DNA of 63,431 bases, filler included, from Octopus bimaculoides (GCF_001194135.2; 5 parts of 4 records of this genome joined end to end with filler, not necessarily neighbours in it); one strand, 5' to 3'; shown: positions 36,859 through 49,190, counted from the whole stretch's first letter. The notes: generated by a model not told the origin, from the letters alone. A program made the numbers and translations.

Positions 36859-37277
36859 TATGAAGCATTAAAACAAATGAACCTTTAAATTTTTTTTGCT
36901 TGACATGATAAAATATTCTGGCTGTAATTCAAGATTTATTCTTTGTGAGGGGAATTGAGAGGAGGAATAAAATATCACCACTTCGAATAAATATTGAGAG
37001 GTGAGAGAAAAAAAAAAAAAAAAAAAAAACATCAACATAAATCAGGTTGGTTACACAAAAAAGTGGTTCCAACCCATTTTTTTGACTAAATATAGTTGTT
37101 TTGCCAGAGAAAAAAACAAAAATAATTTTTAAATTGGTTTACAAGACATAAAAAATAAATAAACAAAATAAAATTTCTTCAACCTCATATTTTATAAAAG
37201 AAAATAAACTTTTTTGACAAACATACAGAATGATGAATTAAAAGTTTTAGTGCTTTGTATGATAACATTAGTTCCAA

Positions 37278-37485
37278 ATTCTGACACAAGGCCAGCAATT
37301 TGGGGGAAAAGGGGACGGTCAATTACATTGACCCCAGTGCTCAACTGGTCCTTATTTTATCGACCCTGAAAGGATGAAAGGCAAAGTTGACCGCAGCAGA
37401 ATTTGAACTCAGAACGTAAAGACGGATGAAATGCCACTAAGCATTTTGGCCAGCATGTTAGCAGCTCTGCCATTTTGCTGCCTTA
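37278..37485 (-). mobile_element. SINE family B
   Basis: Full body match, partly CpG-decayed. Confidence 0.85.
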
Positions 37486-39047
37486 TAATTTACGATATAT
37501 TATATAATACAATAATTATCTTAACATGAAATACTGAAGCGTATCACTAAGAAATAACATAAGAAATGTCTGTGATATAACCCCACCCAATGCTTTTTAA
37601 TGCTAAAAATTTTACAATCAAATGGTTGAAAACATGGTGACAATGGTGAATATATGTACAAGCATATAATATTGTTAGTATATATATATATATGCCTATA
37701 CTATATGATATTGTGTGTGTGTGCATCACAGCTGGCCAAATTAAGAGTATGTTGTTAACCAGCTGAAGAGCTAGCAATTCATATATGTATCTTGTCATCA
37801 AAACTGTGTGTATGTCCCTCCATAGCAAAGACACTTGATATTCATTGGTTCAATCCACCAAGCAAATAAAAAAATAAAAAGGATTCTCACTTGGAGTGTA
37901 AATTATAATTTTTCTATGGAAGGAGATAGAGAGAAAGATGGTCTCTTATGAGGCTGATCTGTGGATACATTGTCACTACAAGGCCTCTAGCAGTGTCCCA
38001 AGAATCTGTAGGCCGTTGCAAACGTATGCATGCATGAAACTACAGCTTCCATAGCTGGAATCATTAGTAAACACTGAATATATTTCAACATACTGATCAA
38101 AGCTGAAACAAAAGCTGCCAAATACATTTCAGAAAGCTGAATTTCCATGCCATTAATATAAAGCACATCTTTACATGCCCAATTAAAAACTCATATGGTG
38201 TGCTGTTTGTTCTGTGAATGTCTTTCTCTGTTTGTAATCCTATTGACTCTCGAATGATCTGGAGTGGCTCCTCAGGTCATTCAGATATATTCAATGTGAC
38301 ACGTCCGTCTACATTGCTACAATAGTTTGTGTTAGGATGGTAACCCTGTGTGTGGGGAAAACCCCAAGTAAAACAATACTGAGGAAAACACCACGAAATA
38401 CACCAATAGAGATGGTACAGGCCATGCTGGGGCTGCAAGCATTAGTGATCAAGACCTTGGAAGGGTGCTGTGTTGCAAACCCAACATAAAAAATAAATAA
38501 CAATAAAATAATGATACAAAACAAATGAAGTTGGTGATGATGATGATGATGATGATGAACAAAGGGATTAGAAGCCATACTTCCTGTGTTGCCTGCATTA
38601 CATGGGAATATCTCACAAATGTATTTCATCCAAAACTTAAACAGTTTGGGGGTCTTCTTAACTTTCATTCTATCATTTTGTCCATGCCAGAAACACAAGT
38701 CCCTCACAAATGAAGTGTTGTAATGTAAGGGCATTATGCATGTAAGTCCATAAATGAATAATGAATATAATATGTGACACACACACACATATATATAAAT
38801 AGATAGATAGATAGAGAGAGAGATAGACAGATAGAGAGAGAGATAGATAGATATAGAGATAGATATATGAGAAGGATAGAGCTGGTGAATTTGAATTTCA
38901 GCATGCTAACCTTTGCTGGAAAGTCCAATGAAGACCAGCAAGTCAAAACTTCAAAGTCACCTCCACTTCCTGTAAGAGTTTAAATTTGTACTCTACAAAA
39001 AAAATATTGAATAATTCTTCAGTTTAATGTTAAATTGTTTTTAAATA

Positions 39048-39282
39048 CAGGGTGTTCAAAAAGTCTCTCCGCAGTGAATTTTTTTCATCCTGCTCATCAC
39101 CATGGTGCAACTTCAAGAGTTTTTCGGTGAACAGATTATTTCGAAGGGACTTTGGTCACCAAGATCACCTGATTTAACACCACTGGAATTTTTTTGTTTG
39201 GGGAGCAAGTAAAGGATCAGTGTACAAGAATCGCCCGAAAACCATTAAATACTTACTGTGGAGAGACTTTTTGAACACCTTG
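39048..39282 (+). mobile_element. 235-bp mini Tc1/mariner derivative
   Basis: 28-bp TIRs cagggtgttcaaaaagtctctccgcagt and actgtggagagactttttgaacaccttg (2 mismatches), TA on both flanks. Interior translates QEFFGEQIISKGLWSPRSPDLTPLEFF (WPPRSPDL motif). Confidence 0.92.
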
Positions 39283-40028
39283 TATAATTTGGCATAAAAA
39301 CATTTATATATATNNNNNNNNNNNNNNNNNNNNNNNNNNNNNNNNNNNNNNNNNNNNNNNNNNNNNNNNNNNNNNNNNNNNNNNNNNNNNNNNNNNNNNN
39401 NNNNNNNNNNNNNNNNNNNNNNNNNNNNNNNNNNNNNNNNNNNNNNNNNNNNNNNNNNNNNNNNNNNNNNNNNNNNNNNNNNNNNNNNNNNNNNNNNNNN
39501 NNNNNNNNNNNNNNNNNNNNNNNNNNNNNNNNNNNNNNNNNNNNNNNNNNNNNNNNNNNNNNNNNNNNNNNNNNNNNNNNNNNNNNNNNNNNNNNNNNNN
39601 NNNNNNNNNNNNNNNNNNNNNNNNNNNNNNNNNNNNNNNNNNNNNNNNNNNNNNNNNNNNNNNNNNNNNNNNNNNNNNNNNNNNNNNNNNNNNNNNNNNN
39701 NNNNNNNNNNNNNNNNNNNNNNNNNNNNNNNNNNNNNNNNNNNNNNNNNNNNNNNNNNNNNNNNNNNNNNNNNNNNNNNNNNNNNNNNNNNNNNNNNNNN
39801 NNNNNNNNNNNNNNNNNNNNNNNNNNNNNNNNNNNNNNNNNNNNNNNNNNNNNNNNNNNNNNNNNNNNNNNNNNNNNNNNNNNNNNNNNNNNNNNNNNNN
39901 NNNNNNNNNNNNNNNNNNNNNNNNNNNNNNNNNNNNNNNNNNNNNNNNNNATATATATACATATATACATACATATATATATACATACATATATATATAC
40001 ATATATACATACATATATATATACATAC

Positions 40029-40081
<53 letters not shown>

Positions 40082-40090
40082 CATATATAC

Positions 40091-40123
<33 letters not shown>

Positions 40124-40149
40124 ACCCAACACCAAATTTAGAAATAATT

Positions 40150-40440
40150 GGTTGGTTCCTGCTTCTACACAGCCAGCCTTTCTTTCATCCTCTCTCTCAG
40201 TCCTCATCCCTCACCACCCCACCATTTACCTTCTCTCTCCAGCTACTAATCCTATTCACTTCTTTCTCACTTCCAATGGTCATTTCTCTGACAAAGCACT
40301 TTTCTCCATCCGTTTAGAATTCTTCACTCTGCATGGCAACCAAACTTACAAATCACCAAGGTTTACTTATCCTCTACATGTCACCTATTTCTCCCACCTT
40401 TCTAAAACGGGAGCTAAGGGCACAGACATTCTTGGGAAAA
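40150..40440 (-). mobile_element. Decayed RTE-like LINE fragment
   Basis: Purine-rich minus strand weakly resembling the TW.M...RLE...RRLRW.GHV.RM region of RTE ORF2. Confidence 0.3.
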
Positions 40441-40665
40441 GTATAATTGGGTGACTCAATACCAATCATTACTTAACAAGTACTTTATTTTACCGTCCCC
40501 GGGGAGATGACATGCAAAGTTGATTGTGGCAGGATTTGAACTCAGATCGTAGCTAAATACCACATGGTGTTTTATGTAATGCCTTAACATCTTAAACAGG
40601 GAAACAACACACTAGAAAAGGAACTTTCAGACAGTCATAAAAGGTGGGCTGGTCTTGGCTGGATT

Positions 40666-40870
40666 GTCTTTAGCATTTAAACTGACCAAATATTCTACCT
40701 CTTTTATTATGTTCTAGCCAGCCAGAACCAGCCTCTCACACCTACCCTGCAATGTCATTTTAAAGACGAGCAACCACATCACTGAAAGCTATGAGACAAT
40801 GCAGGATTAATACAAAACAGCCTGGATAAATAAGCATCACATTTGAAAGAGGGATCTGAATGCTAAAGGG
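40666..40870. mobile_element. piggyBac-like MITE
   Basis: Right end aatgctaaaggg|TTAA, left end degenerate (tctttagcatt); inverted homolog of 48514-48733. Confidence 0.65.
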
Positions 40871-41344
40871 TTAATCTTCGGCAGATCAGCTCAATAGGTA
40901 TTTACAGCAAGAATATTAAACAGAAGCAGCAATGACTAGCATTAAACCAACTTGGTTTTTACAAGTGTAATGATTATTCTAAGAAGCTTAGTTTGATAAA
41001 GAGATTAATAAACATATCAAATGACCTGACATATAAGATATAGTGCGAAGGAAGAAGGGTGGGGTCTGCTAAGCAGGCTGTTCTCCTCTCTCTGCATGAA
41101 GACTGANNNNNNNNNNGGGGGGGGGGGTCGGTTAACAATGGGAAGGAGGGAGGGAGGGAGGAAGGTGCATCACCATTCACCAAATGATTTATGAAATTCA
41201 CCCTGAGAGTTTTAACAATGGTTTTGCAGTCTTGTGTTTAGATGATGTGAGTGTATGTGTATGTGTGTGTGTTCATATTTATTTTTTTATTTTGTTTATG
41301 AGAGAAAGTGGTCTGTTGGTTCACAAGTAAAGAAATAAAAATGT

Positions 41345-41489
41345 CTTGTGGTGTGGCAAGTTTACTTCCCAACCACATGACTCCAGGTTCAGTCCCACTG
41401 CACAACACCTTAGGCAAGTGTTTCTGCTATAGCCTTGTGAATGCATTTGGTAGACAGAAACTGAAAGAAGCCTTTTGTCTATACATACA

Positions 41490-41526
<37 letters not shown>

Positions 41527-41693
41527 ATGCATGTGGATGTGTTTGATCTCCAGCATCTTTTGACAACTGGTGTTTATGTGCCTATAACTTAGCAGTTCAG
41601 CAAAAGTGACTAATAAAATAAGTATCAGACTTAAGCATAAAAAAATTTCTGGGGCTGATTCATTTGACTAAAATTCTTCAAGGTGGTGCCCCA
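41345..41693 (+). mobile_element. SINE family A, CpG-decayed
   Basis: Body ttaggcaagtgtttctgctatagcc..tagacagaaactgaaagaagcc, internal (TG)n. Confidence 0.8.
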
Positions 41694-41813
41694 AAATATC
41701 CTCATCAATACAAAAATGAAATGTTCATAATCTCACATGAAGAGTAGACAGTACGAGGAACAGGATGACAATTTTTGTTTTACTTGGGAATCTAATAAAG
41801 AGAATGGCATTAA

Positions 41814-42034
41814 CCCTTTTGTTGCCATATTTCTGTTGAGATGCTCTGTGTTTCTTTCCATTAATTTTAAATATAACAAAGAATTTAGTAAAACAACTTA
41901 GTTATCATTCAGCTAGTGTTAGGAATATAAATTTTGACTAAGGTTTGGTGGCAGATTTTAATTCAAAACTTATGAAAACAAGACATTTGTACTCAGAGCC
42001 AGAAGCAGTTTCAGCCAGGCTGGTATCAAAAGGG
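41814..42034. mobile_element. piggyBac-like MITE with TTAA TSD
   Basis: TTAA|cccttttgttgcca ... tggtatcaaaaggg|TTAA (12/14 TIR match). Confidence 0.85.
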
Positions 42035-42089
42035 TTAAGTCTCAGCCAGTGATTCTTAACAATATAAGATTAATATATTTATTTAGATG

Positions 42090-42448
42090 CTGGTGGGGCT
42101 GTGGTGTAGGAAGACTGCTTCCCAAGCACATGCTTTTAGGCACCCTGAACAAGTGGCACCTTGGGGGCAAGTGTCTTCTACAATAGCCCTGGGCTGACTA
42201 AAGCCTTGTGAGTGGATTTGGTAGATGGAAACTGAAAGAAGCCTGTCACATGTGCATGTATGTCTTCTTGCCTTGACATTGCATGACAGTTGTAAATGAG
42301 TGTCACCATATTAAGAGGTGTTCGTTTCTACTCTTCTGGTCATAGTAGTGGCAACTGGAAGGGCATCCAGTTGCGAAAAATCCACCTCAATAAATTCCAA
42401 CTGACCAATGCAAGCGTGGAAAGGTGGACGTTAAATGACAATGATGAG
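42090..42448 (+). mobile_element. SINE family A head/body with RTE-type 3' tail
   Basis: Family A body, then ggaagggcatccag..gcaagcgtggaaaggtggacgttaaatga, similar to the tail at 47350-47470. Confidence 0.75.
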
Positions 42449-42647
42449 AATATGATATTGTACACTATTGGTGAAATATAATCGAATGATATTTCATAAG
42501 AGAGAAGGCAGTCTTTAATTGAGGCAGACAAACGTTTTAGTACCAGTGACATGACAAGCAGGACACAATTCATGGCTGGTAAGAAGAATGACATCTAGCT
42601 ATAAAAAACATGCCCCTCACCCCACTCCCATAAAAAAAAAAGCAGTG

Positions 42648-42807
42648 AGCTGCCAGAACTGTTAGCAGGTCAGGCAAAATGCTTAATGGCATGTTATCTG
42701 GCTCCTTACATTTTGAGTTCAAGTTTTGTCAAGGTCAACTTTGCCATCCATCGTTTTGGCTGTCAATAAAATATTACATCAAATACTGGGGTCAATGTAA
42801 CCAACTC
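42648..42807 (+). mobile_element. SINE family B, CpG-decayed
   Basis: gcagtgagctgccagaactgttagc..ttttgagttcaagtt..ggtcaactttgcc. Confidence 0.75.
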
Positions 42808-43512
42808 NNNNNNNNNNNNNNNNNNNNNNNNNNNNNNNNNNNNNNNNNNNNNNNNNNNNNNNNNNNNNNNNNNNNNNNNNNNNNNNNTGCTGTCCTTGAA
42901 TAATGTAACAGGGGAAATGTTAAGTAGTCTTAGGGGTCCGAAGGCTGAAGAAAAAAAAGAAATAGAACGAAAGCAGGAGAGATGGATTTAATAATAAGCT
43001 GTGGCACATGCAACCCTTGATGAGAGAGTGTTCTGAGTTATGAATTAGAAAAGAAATAAACAAAAGCAGCAAGTGTTTAGTGCAACTGCAGATGACCTCT
43101 CAAGTAGCAGTGCTGCAACAAAATACATCCAGTCCAAAGTTTGAAGTGGTCAGTGACAGGAGGAATGGCATCAAAGTGTGGAAACCATGCTAAAAGCGTA
43201 CACAACGATTGGCAGTTTTCTCTATTGTGCTTAGATGAGAAATGACTGAGGTACTCTGAGATCCATGAAACCCATGGTAGCACAGCAAAACAGACATCAA
43301 AAGGATGATGGTGAGAGTTGGAGGATAAAACCAGGAGTTTTGTACTTTATTTATTTGGACAATTCACATAAAAACTGGCAGAGAATTTAAGAATGAATGA
43401 CACCTTTACTTTCTGTATATCATATTGCTATCTCATTAACTGGATTAATTACTGGATTATCAGCTTCTGATTTATAAGTTCAAGTCTGTCTTAGGGCAGT
43501 ATACTTAAATTC

Positions 43513-43810
43513 ATGGGGTTCAGTGGTTAGAGTATTCCTCTTGTAATTGCAAGATCATGGTTTCAATTCATGGACCAGGAGGTGTGTTATGCTCTTCAGC
43601 AAAACACTTCATCTCACAATGCTCCTCAATAAGTTGGACATGTGACGTATGGCACACCGTGCACCTGTTCATGCAACATCGGTTTGGTGGAGGGGATGAG
43701 CGAATGTGCAGCACAAACATTTGATCATGATAAACAAATCATTTGTACAGGTTAAACAGCAAGAAATCACAGAACCCTCACCTGTCGTAAACGACAGGTG
43801 AGTCCAACAT
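43513..43810 (+). mobile_element. SINE family C-like with terminal hairpin
   Basis: tRNA-like head cagtggttagagt..ggtttcaattc; cttcagcaaaacacttcatctcacaatgctcc; perfect 11-bp stem at 43777-43802. Confidence 0.6.
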
Positions 43811-44364
43811 ACACCTGTACCTAACGGATATGATTCCATCATATCCATTAGGTACAGATATGATGGAATTTAAGAATATTGCCGGTGAGAGACTCATATT
43901 CTATCCAGAAGCAAATTTATCATCCATAGGTGCGACAATATTGATTCTGGAGCTAAATTGAATGAAGAAGGAACCTAAACCATGTTGTTATAAAAGTTCC
44001 ATGGCCACCATAATTGATGGAGACATTAAATGATGTGTAAGAATTAACCGAAAAGGGGGACAAGAGAGAGAAAGAATTAATAGGGAATCTCAAAATCTAA
44101 CACTTTGAAAACTGTTCTGTCTCCGTGTCTGTCTGTTTGTCTTTCTCGACAGGTAAAACTAAATTAACACTTTAAAGGATTTAAGGATGGAAGAGGATCA
44201 TAAGCAAGTAATAATTCCTGACATGGGACCAAGGCAACAAATTTATAAGAGTGTGGTCAACCAAATGAACCCCAGTTCATCACTGGTATCTATCATGAAA
44301 GGTAAAAGTTAACCCTGGTTTAAGACAGTCATTTAATCAAATGCCCTGCTATTTGCGTCCTGAC

Positions 44365-44675
44365 CTAATGGTTCTGGGTTCAGTTCCAATGTGTGCACCT
44401 CGGGCAAGTGTCTTCTACTATAGCCTTGAGTTGACCAAATCCTTGCAAGTGGATTTGGAAGATGGAAACTGAAAGAAGCCTATCATATATGTATGTGTGT
44501 GTGTGTGTGTGTTCCCTAACACTGGAGTTGGTTTGTTTACACTCCCATAACTTAGCAGTTCAACAAAATAGACCTATAGAATAAGTATCAGGCTTTAAAA
44601 AAAGTCCTGGGGTTCAATTCATTTGACTAAAATTCATCAAGATGGTACCCCAGCATGGCCACAAACAAATAAAAG
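44365..44675 (+). mobile_element. SINE family A, CpG-decayed
   Basis: gggcaagtgtcttctactatagcc..gatggaaactgaaagaagcc..cccagcatggcc. Confidence 0.8.
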
Positions 44676-46664
44676 ATATATTTCTATGAAATTCGACAAA
44701 TATAATGGCTTTAAGTTAACAACAAGAACAGCAAATGCTAAACCTGGTTCAATCTAATTCTAAGAAATCTTCACTTAATGTTTGATGGTATTCCATTGCT
44801 GTAAATGATGGTTCTTTTTTTGAAATAAAATGGAATTATGACAGAATATTTCTTTTATAAACTTCAAAGCCAGCATGAAAACAAAGCTAACCATAAAATA
44901 ATCCATATCAGGAAAATGAAGAGAGATTAATGGACTTTCAGAACAACATCTGAGATAATCAAAATGAATGAGAGAATACTAAAATGGTACGGAACTCCTC
45001 ATGTTTCTTGTCATAAATTCTTAACACAATAGCAATGTAAAAGGACAAAATGTTGCCAAATGAAATGGTTTTCAAGAATATCTTCAAAGAATCAGAGAAT
45101 TTCAAGAGTTGAGAAATCTATAGAGAGAGAGCATTCAGGAATTTTATGATGAAACAAACTGCANNNNNNNNNNNNNNNNNNNNNNNNNNNNNNNNNNNNN
45201 NNNNNNNNNNNNNNNNNNNNNNNNNNNNNNNNNNNNNNNNNNNNNNNNNNNNNNNNNNNNNNNNNNNNNNNNNNNNNNNNNNNNNNNNNNNNNNNNNNNN
45301 NNNNNNNNNNNNNNNNNNNNNNNNNNNNNNNNNNNNNNNNNNNNNNNNNNNNNNNNNNNNNNNNNNNNNNNNNNNNNNNNNNNNNNNNNNNNNNNNNNNN
45401 NNNNNNNNNNNNNNNNNNNNNNNNNNNNNNNNNNNNNNNNNNNNNNNNNNNNNNNNNNNNNNNNNNNNNNNNNNNNNNNNNNNNNNNNNNNNNNNNNNNN
45501 NNNNNNNNNNNNNNNNNNNNNNNNNNNNNNNNNNNNNNNNNNNNNNNNNNNNNNNNNNNNNNNNNNNNNNNNNNNNNNNNNNNNNNNNNNNNNNNNNNNN
45601 NNNNNNNNNNNNNNNNNNNNNNNNNNNNNNNNNNNNNNNNNNNNNNNNNNNNNNNNNNNNNNNNNNNNNNNNNNNNNNNNNNNNNNNNNNNNNNNNNNNN
45701 NNNNNNNNNNNNNNNNNNNNNNNNNNNNNNNNNNNNNNNNNNNNNNNNNNNNNNNNNNNNNNNNNNNNNNNNNNNNNNNNNNNNNNNNNNNNNNNNNNTA
45801 TATATATATATATATACATACATATATATATATATAAAATCAAAATAAGCAACACGGATTTTAAAGATGATTGCAAAATCCGTGTTGCTTATTTTGATTC
45901 TTTGATCACCTTGCTTTTAGGATGGTTTTTGGATAATACCATACTATATTCTGGTGCCTAAACATAGGTACCATATTCAATTTTGAATCTGAATCTAAAT
46001 CTTTATATATATACATATAGTGGAAGTTACTTATTATAATCATGAATATTGTTATCAAATGCTAATTGTTACCAAAATTAGGAGGTCGAAACAGCTTCAG
46101 CTTAATGTTATCATTGTCTAAAAGGCTTTGTCTCAAAGTGATTACAATATGCAGCTTCTACTGTATATCATTCATAAGAGATAATTTTGTTTTAAAATAA
46201 TTCCACTGCATGTATGTGTGTGTGTGTGTACATATGAAAGTGTGCATGTGAGAGAGAGAGAGAGAGAGAGAGAGCTTGTGTGCACATGTATGTAATCTCT
46301 AAATCTCTCATTACATGGTCAACCATCTAAAATTCATTTTGGTCAGTAATTATTCTCTTTAGACAATATTTCTCTGCAGCAGCATTACACACACACACAC
46401 ACACACACACACCCACATTTTATTAACATTTAGCAGAAGCTACAGAGTGACTCACATACATATATAGAGAGAGAGGTGGGAGAGAGAGGGATAATGACTG
46501 AAGAACAGTAAATAATTAAAAATTATATGAAGGGGCAGCTTCAAGTTATTTTTTCAGATTTAGAAAAAATAATTATACTAAGCAATTTATTGATAAACTT
46601 AAGGACTTATGACAGAAAAAATTTAAGGGAATCATTAATGATGAGAGCTAAATTTTTTCTATAT

Positions 46665-47490
46665 AAGCACCACCCGAACATGGCTGATGCCAGTGCCGCC
46701 TTGACTGGCTTCCATGCCGGTAGCACGTAAAAAGCACCATCCAATCATGGTCGATGCCAACCCCGTTGGCCCCTGTGCTGGTGGCACGTAAAAAGCACCA
46801 TCCAATCATGGTCGATGCCAACCCCTCTGGCTCCTNNNNNNNNNNNNNNNNNNNNNNNNNNNNNNNNNNNNNNNNNNNNNNNNNNNNNNNNNNNNNNNNN
46901 NNNNNNNNNNNNNNNNNNNNNNNNNNNNNNNNNNNNNNNNNNNNNNNNNNNNNNNNNNNNNNNNNNNNNNNNNNNNNNNNNNNNNNNNNNNNNNNNNNNN
47001 NNNNNNNNNNNNNNNNNNNNNNNNNNNNNNNNNNNNNNNNNNNNNNNNNNNNNNNNNNNNNNNNNNNNNNNNNNNNNNNNNNNNNNNNNNNNNNNNNNNN
47101 NNNNNNNNNNNNTGCCGGTAGCACGTAAAAAGCACCATCCAATCATGGTCGATGCCAACCCCTCTGGCCCCTATGCTGGTGGCACGTAAAAACCACCATC
47201 CGATCATGGTCGATGCCAACCCCTCTGGCCCCTGTGCTGGTGGCACGTAAAAAGTACCATCCGATCATGGTTGATGCAAACCCCTCTGGCCCCTGTGCCA
47301 GTGACACATAAAAAAGCACCCACTACACTCTCGGAGTGGTTGGCGTTAGGAAGGACATCCAGCTGTAGAAACACTGCCAGATCAGAATGGGGCTTGGTGC
47401 AGCCTCCTGGCTTCACAGACCCCAGTCAAACTGTCCAACCCATGCCAGCATGGAAAACAGACGTTAAACAATGTTGATAATGATAATAAG
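46665..47490 (+). mobile_element. RTE-type LINE 3' end containing a 61-bp tandem array
   Basis: Unit starts at 46715, 46776, [gap], 47113, 47174, 47235, 47296 (period 61). Then ggcgttaggaaggacatccagctgtagaaac..catgccagcatggaaaacagacgttaaacaatg(atg/ata)n. Confidence 0.8.
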
Positions 47491-47754
47491 GGAAAATCCT
47501 CAAAGATACAATCTAGTTTTATACAGTTTAACACCAAACCTGATTAAATTATGAAAAAAACATTTTTTTTAAAAAGTGAAAACACAAACAATGATAAAAG
47601 TTTCATAAATGAATAAAATAAAATAAAATAAAGAAAACACATTTTTAAGATTGTTTTTAATATGAAAACAAAATAAAAATGATACAAAAAAAATGACAAA
47701 AAAAAAACCCGTATATAAATGAAACAGTATAATAAAAGGATAATAATATTGTAA

Positions 47755-47985
47755 GCACAAGACCAGAAATTATGGAGAGCAAGGGGGGAGGGGGAGCTGG
47801 TCAATGACTCCACCCCAGCCCCCGCCCACCTCCAGTACTCAACTGATACTTAGTTTATCAATCCTGAAAGGAAGAAAGGCAAAGTCGACCTCGGTGGTAT
47901 TTGAACTCAGAACATAAAGACAGATGAAATGCTACTTTTAGCACATTGCTTGGCATGCTAACCATTCTGCCAACTCGCCACCATG

Positions 47986-48017
<32 letters not shown>

Positions 48018-48240
48018 CCTTTCTACTATAGGTACAAGGGACCTGAAATTTCAGGGGAGGGGACTAGTCAATTATATCGACCCCCCCAGTATTTCACTGG
48101 TAACTTAACTTATCGGTCCCCAAAAGGATGAAAAGCAAAGTCGACCTTCGAAGAATTTGAACTCAGAACATAGTGGTAGACGAAATACCGCTAAGCATTT
48201 TGCTCGGCATGCTAACGATTCTGCCAGCTCACTGCCTTCA
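47755..48240 (-). mobile_element. Two tandem SINE family B copies separated by (TAA)n
   Basis: Both show the aaagtcgacc..gaactcagaac..gccaactcgcc/gccagctcactgcc body. Confidence 0.85.
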
Positions 48241-48513
48241 ACAATAATAATAATGATAAAAATAATAATAATGATAATAATAATAATGATAATAATAATA
48301 ATAATATACCAATAGAGCACTAAATAGTGAAAAAAAATAACGTTTATAGTTTTGAATTAACTTAGAAATATAAACATATATTTTTTTTTTCCAATTCGAC
48401 CTGAGATTAATCCTAAAAATTTGTCTTTCATTTAAAATTAATTGAATTCCATTAAAAAATAATGAATTAGCAAATGTTTTTTTAAGTTTGTGGGTGAAAG
48501 ATTGTATTGTTGA

Positions 48514-48733
48514 CCCTTTAGCATTCAGATTCCTTTGTTAAATGCAAAGCTTATTGGTCCACATATTTTTGAATTAATCTGGGATTATCTCATAGCATTG
48601 AGACTTTGATGATGTGATTATTTAGTTTTAGAATGGCATTGTAGAGGAGGTGTGAAAGACTGGATCTGGCAATACTTAACATAAAATAAGTGGAATATTT
48701 TGGTCAGTTATGGCTGGTCTAAATGCTAAAGGG
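48514..48733. mobile_element. piggyBac-like MITE
   Basis: TTGA|ccctttagcatt ... aatgctaaaggg|TTAA (12-bp perfect TIR). Confidence 0.85.
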
Positions 48734-49133
48734 TTAAATAAAAGTGAAGAATGAGAACAAAAGTCTATGAGGGCCAGAAGTGAATGGAAGTGAAATGATT
48801 ACGAGGAGACACCAGACACTAGATTACAGAACCAGCACACCGATGTAGTAGTAGTAGTGGTAGTCATCAATCTTAAACTAGAGAAAAAGCAGTCAATATA
48901 AAATTTCTCACCTGGGAACAAAGAAAGAATTAACCAGCCTAGGGGAGCGGGGAACGAATACAGAAAAAAAATGCATGCTGATGACCCGGGGGTGGGGAGG
49001 TCGGGAGGGGACTTTTGGAAAATTCACAAGATCTGACTTTTCTGTCATAAATTCGGGTAAGATGGATATATATTGATTTTTTTTTTTTTNNNNNNNNNNN
49101 NNNNNNNNNNNNNNNNNNNNNNNNNNNNNNNNN

Positions 49134-49145
49134 TTAATTAATTAA
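49134..49145. other. Assembly linker TTAATTAATTAA
   Basis: 44N+linker+44N (49090-49189). Confidence 0.95.
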
Positions 49146-49190
49146 NNNNNNNNNNNNNNNNNNNNNNNNNNNNNNNNNNNNNNNNNNNNA

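Noticed and set aside
38900-38975. Possible plus-strand small exon (MLTFAGKSNEDQQVKTSKSPPLP)
   Set aside because: Weak donor, no homology recognised, and strand conflicts with the 35.6-kb candidate.
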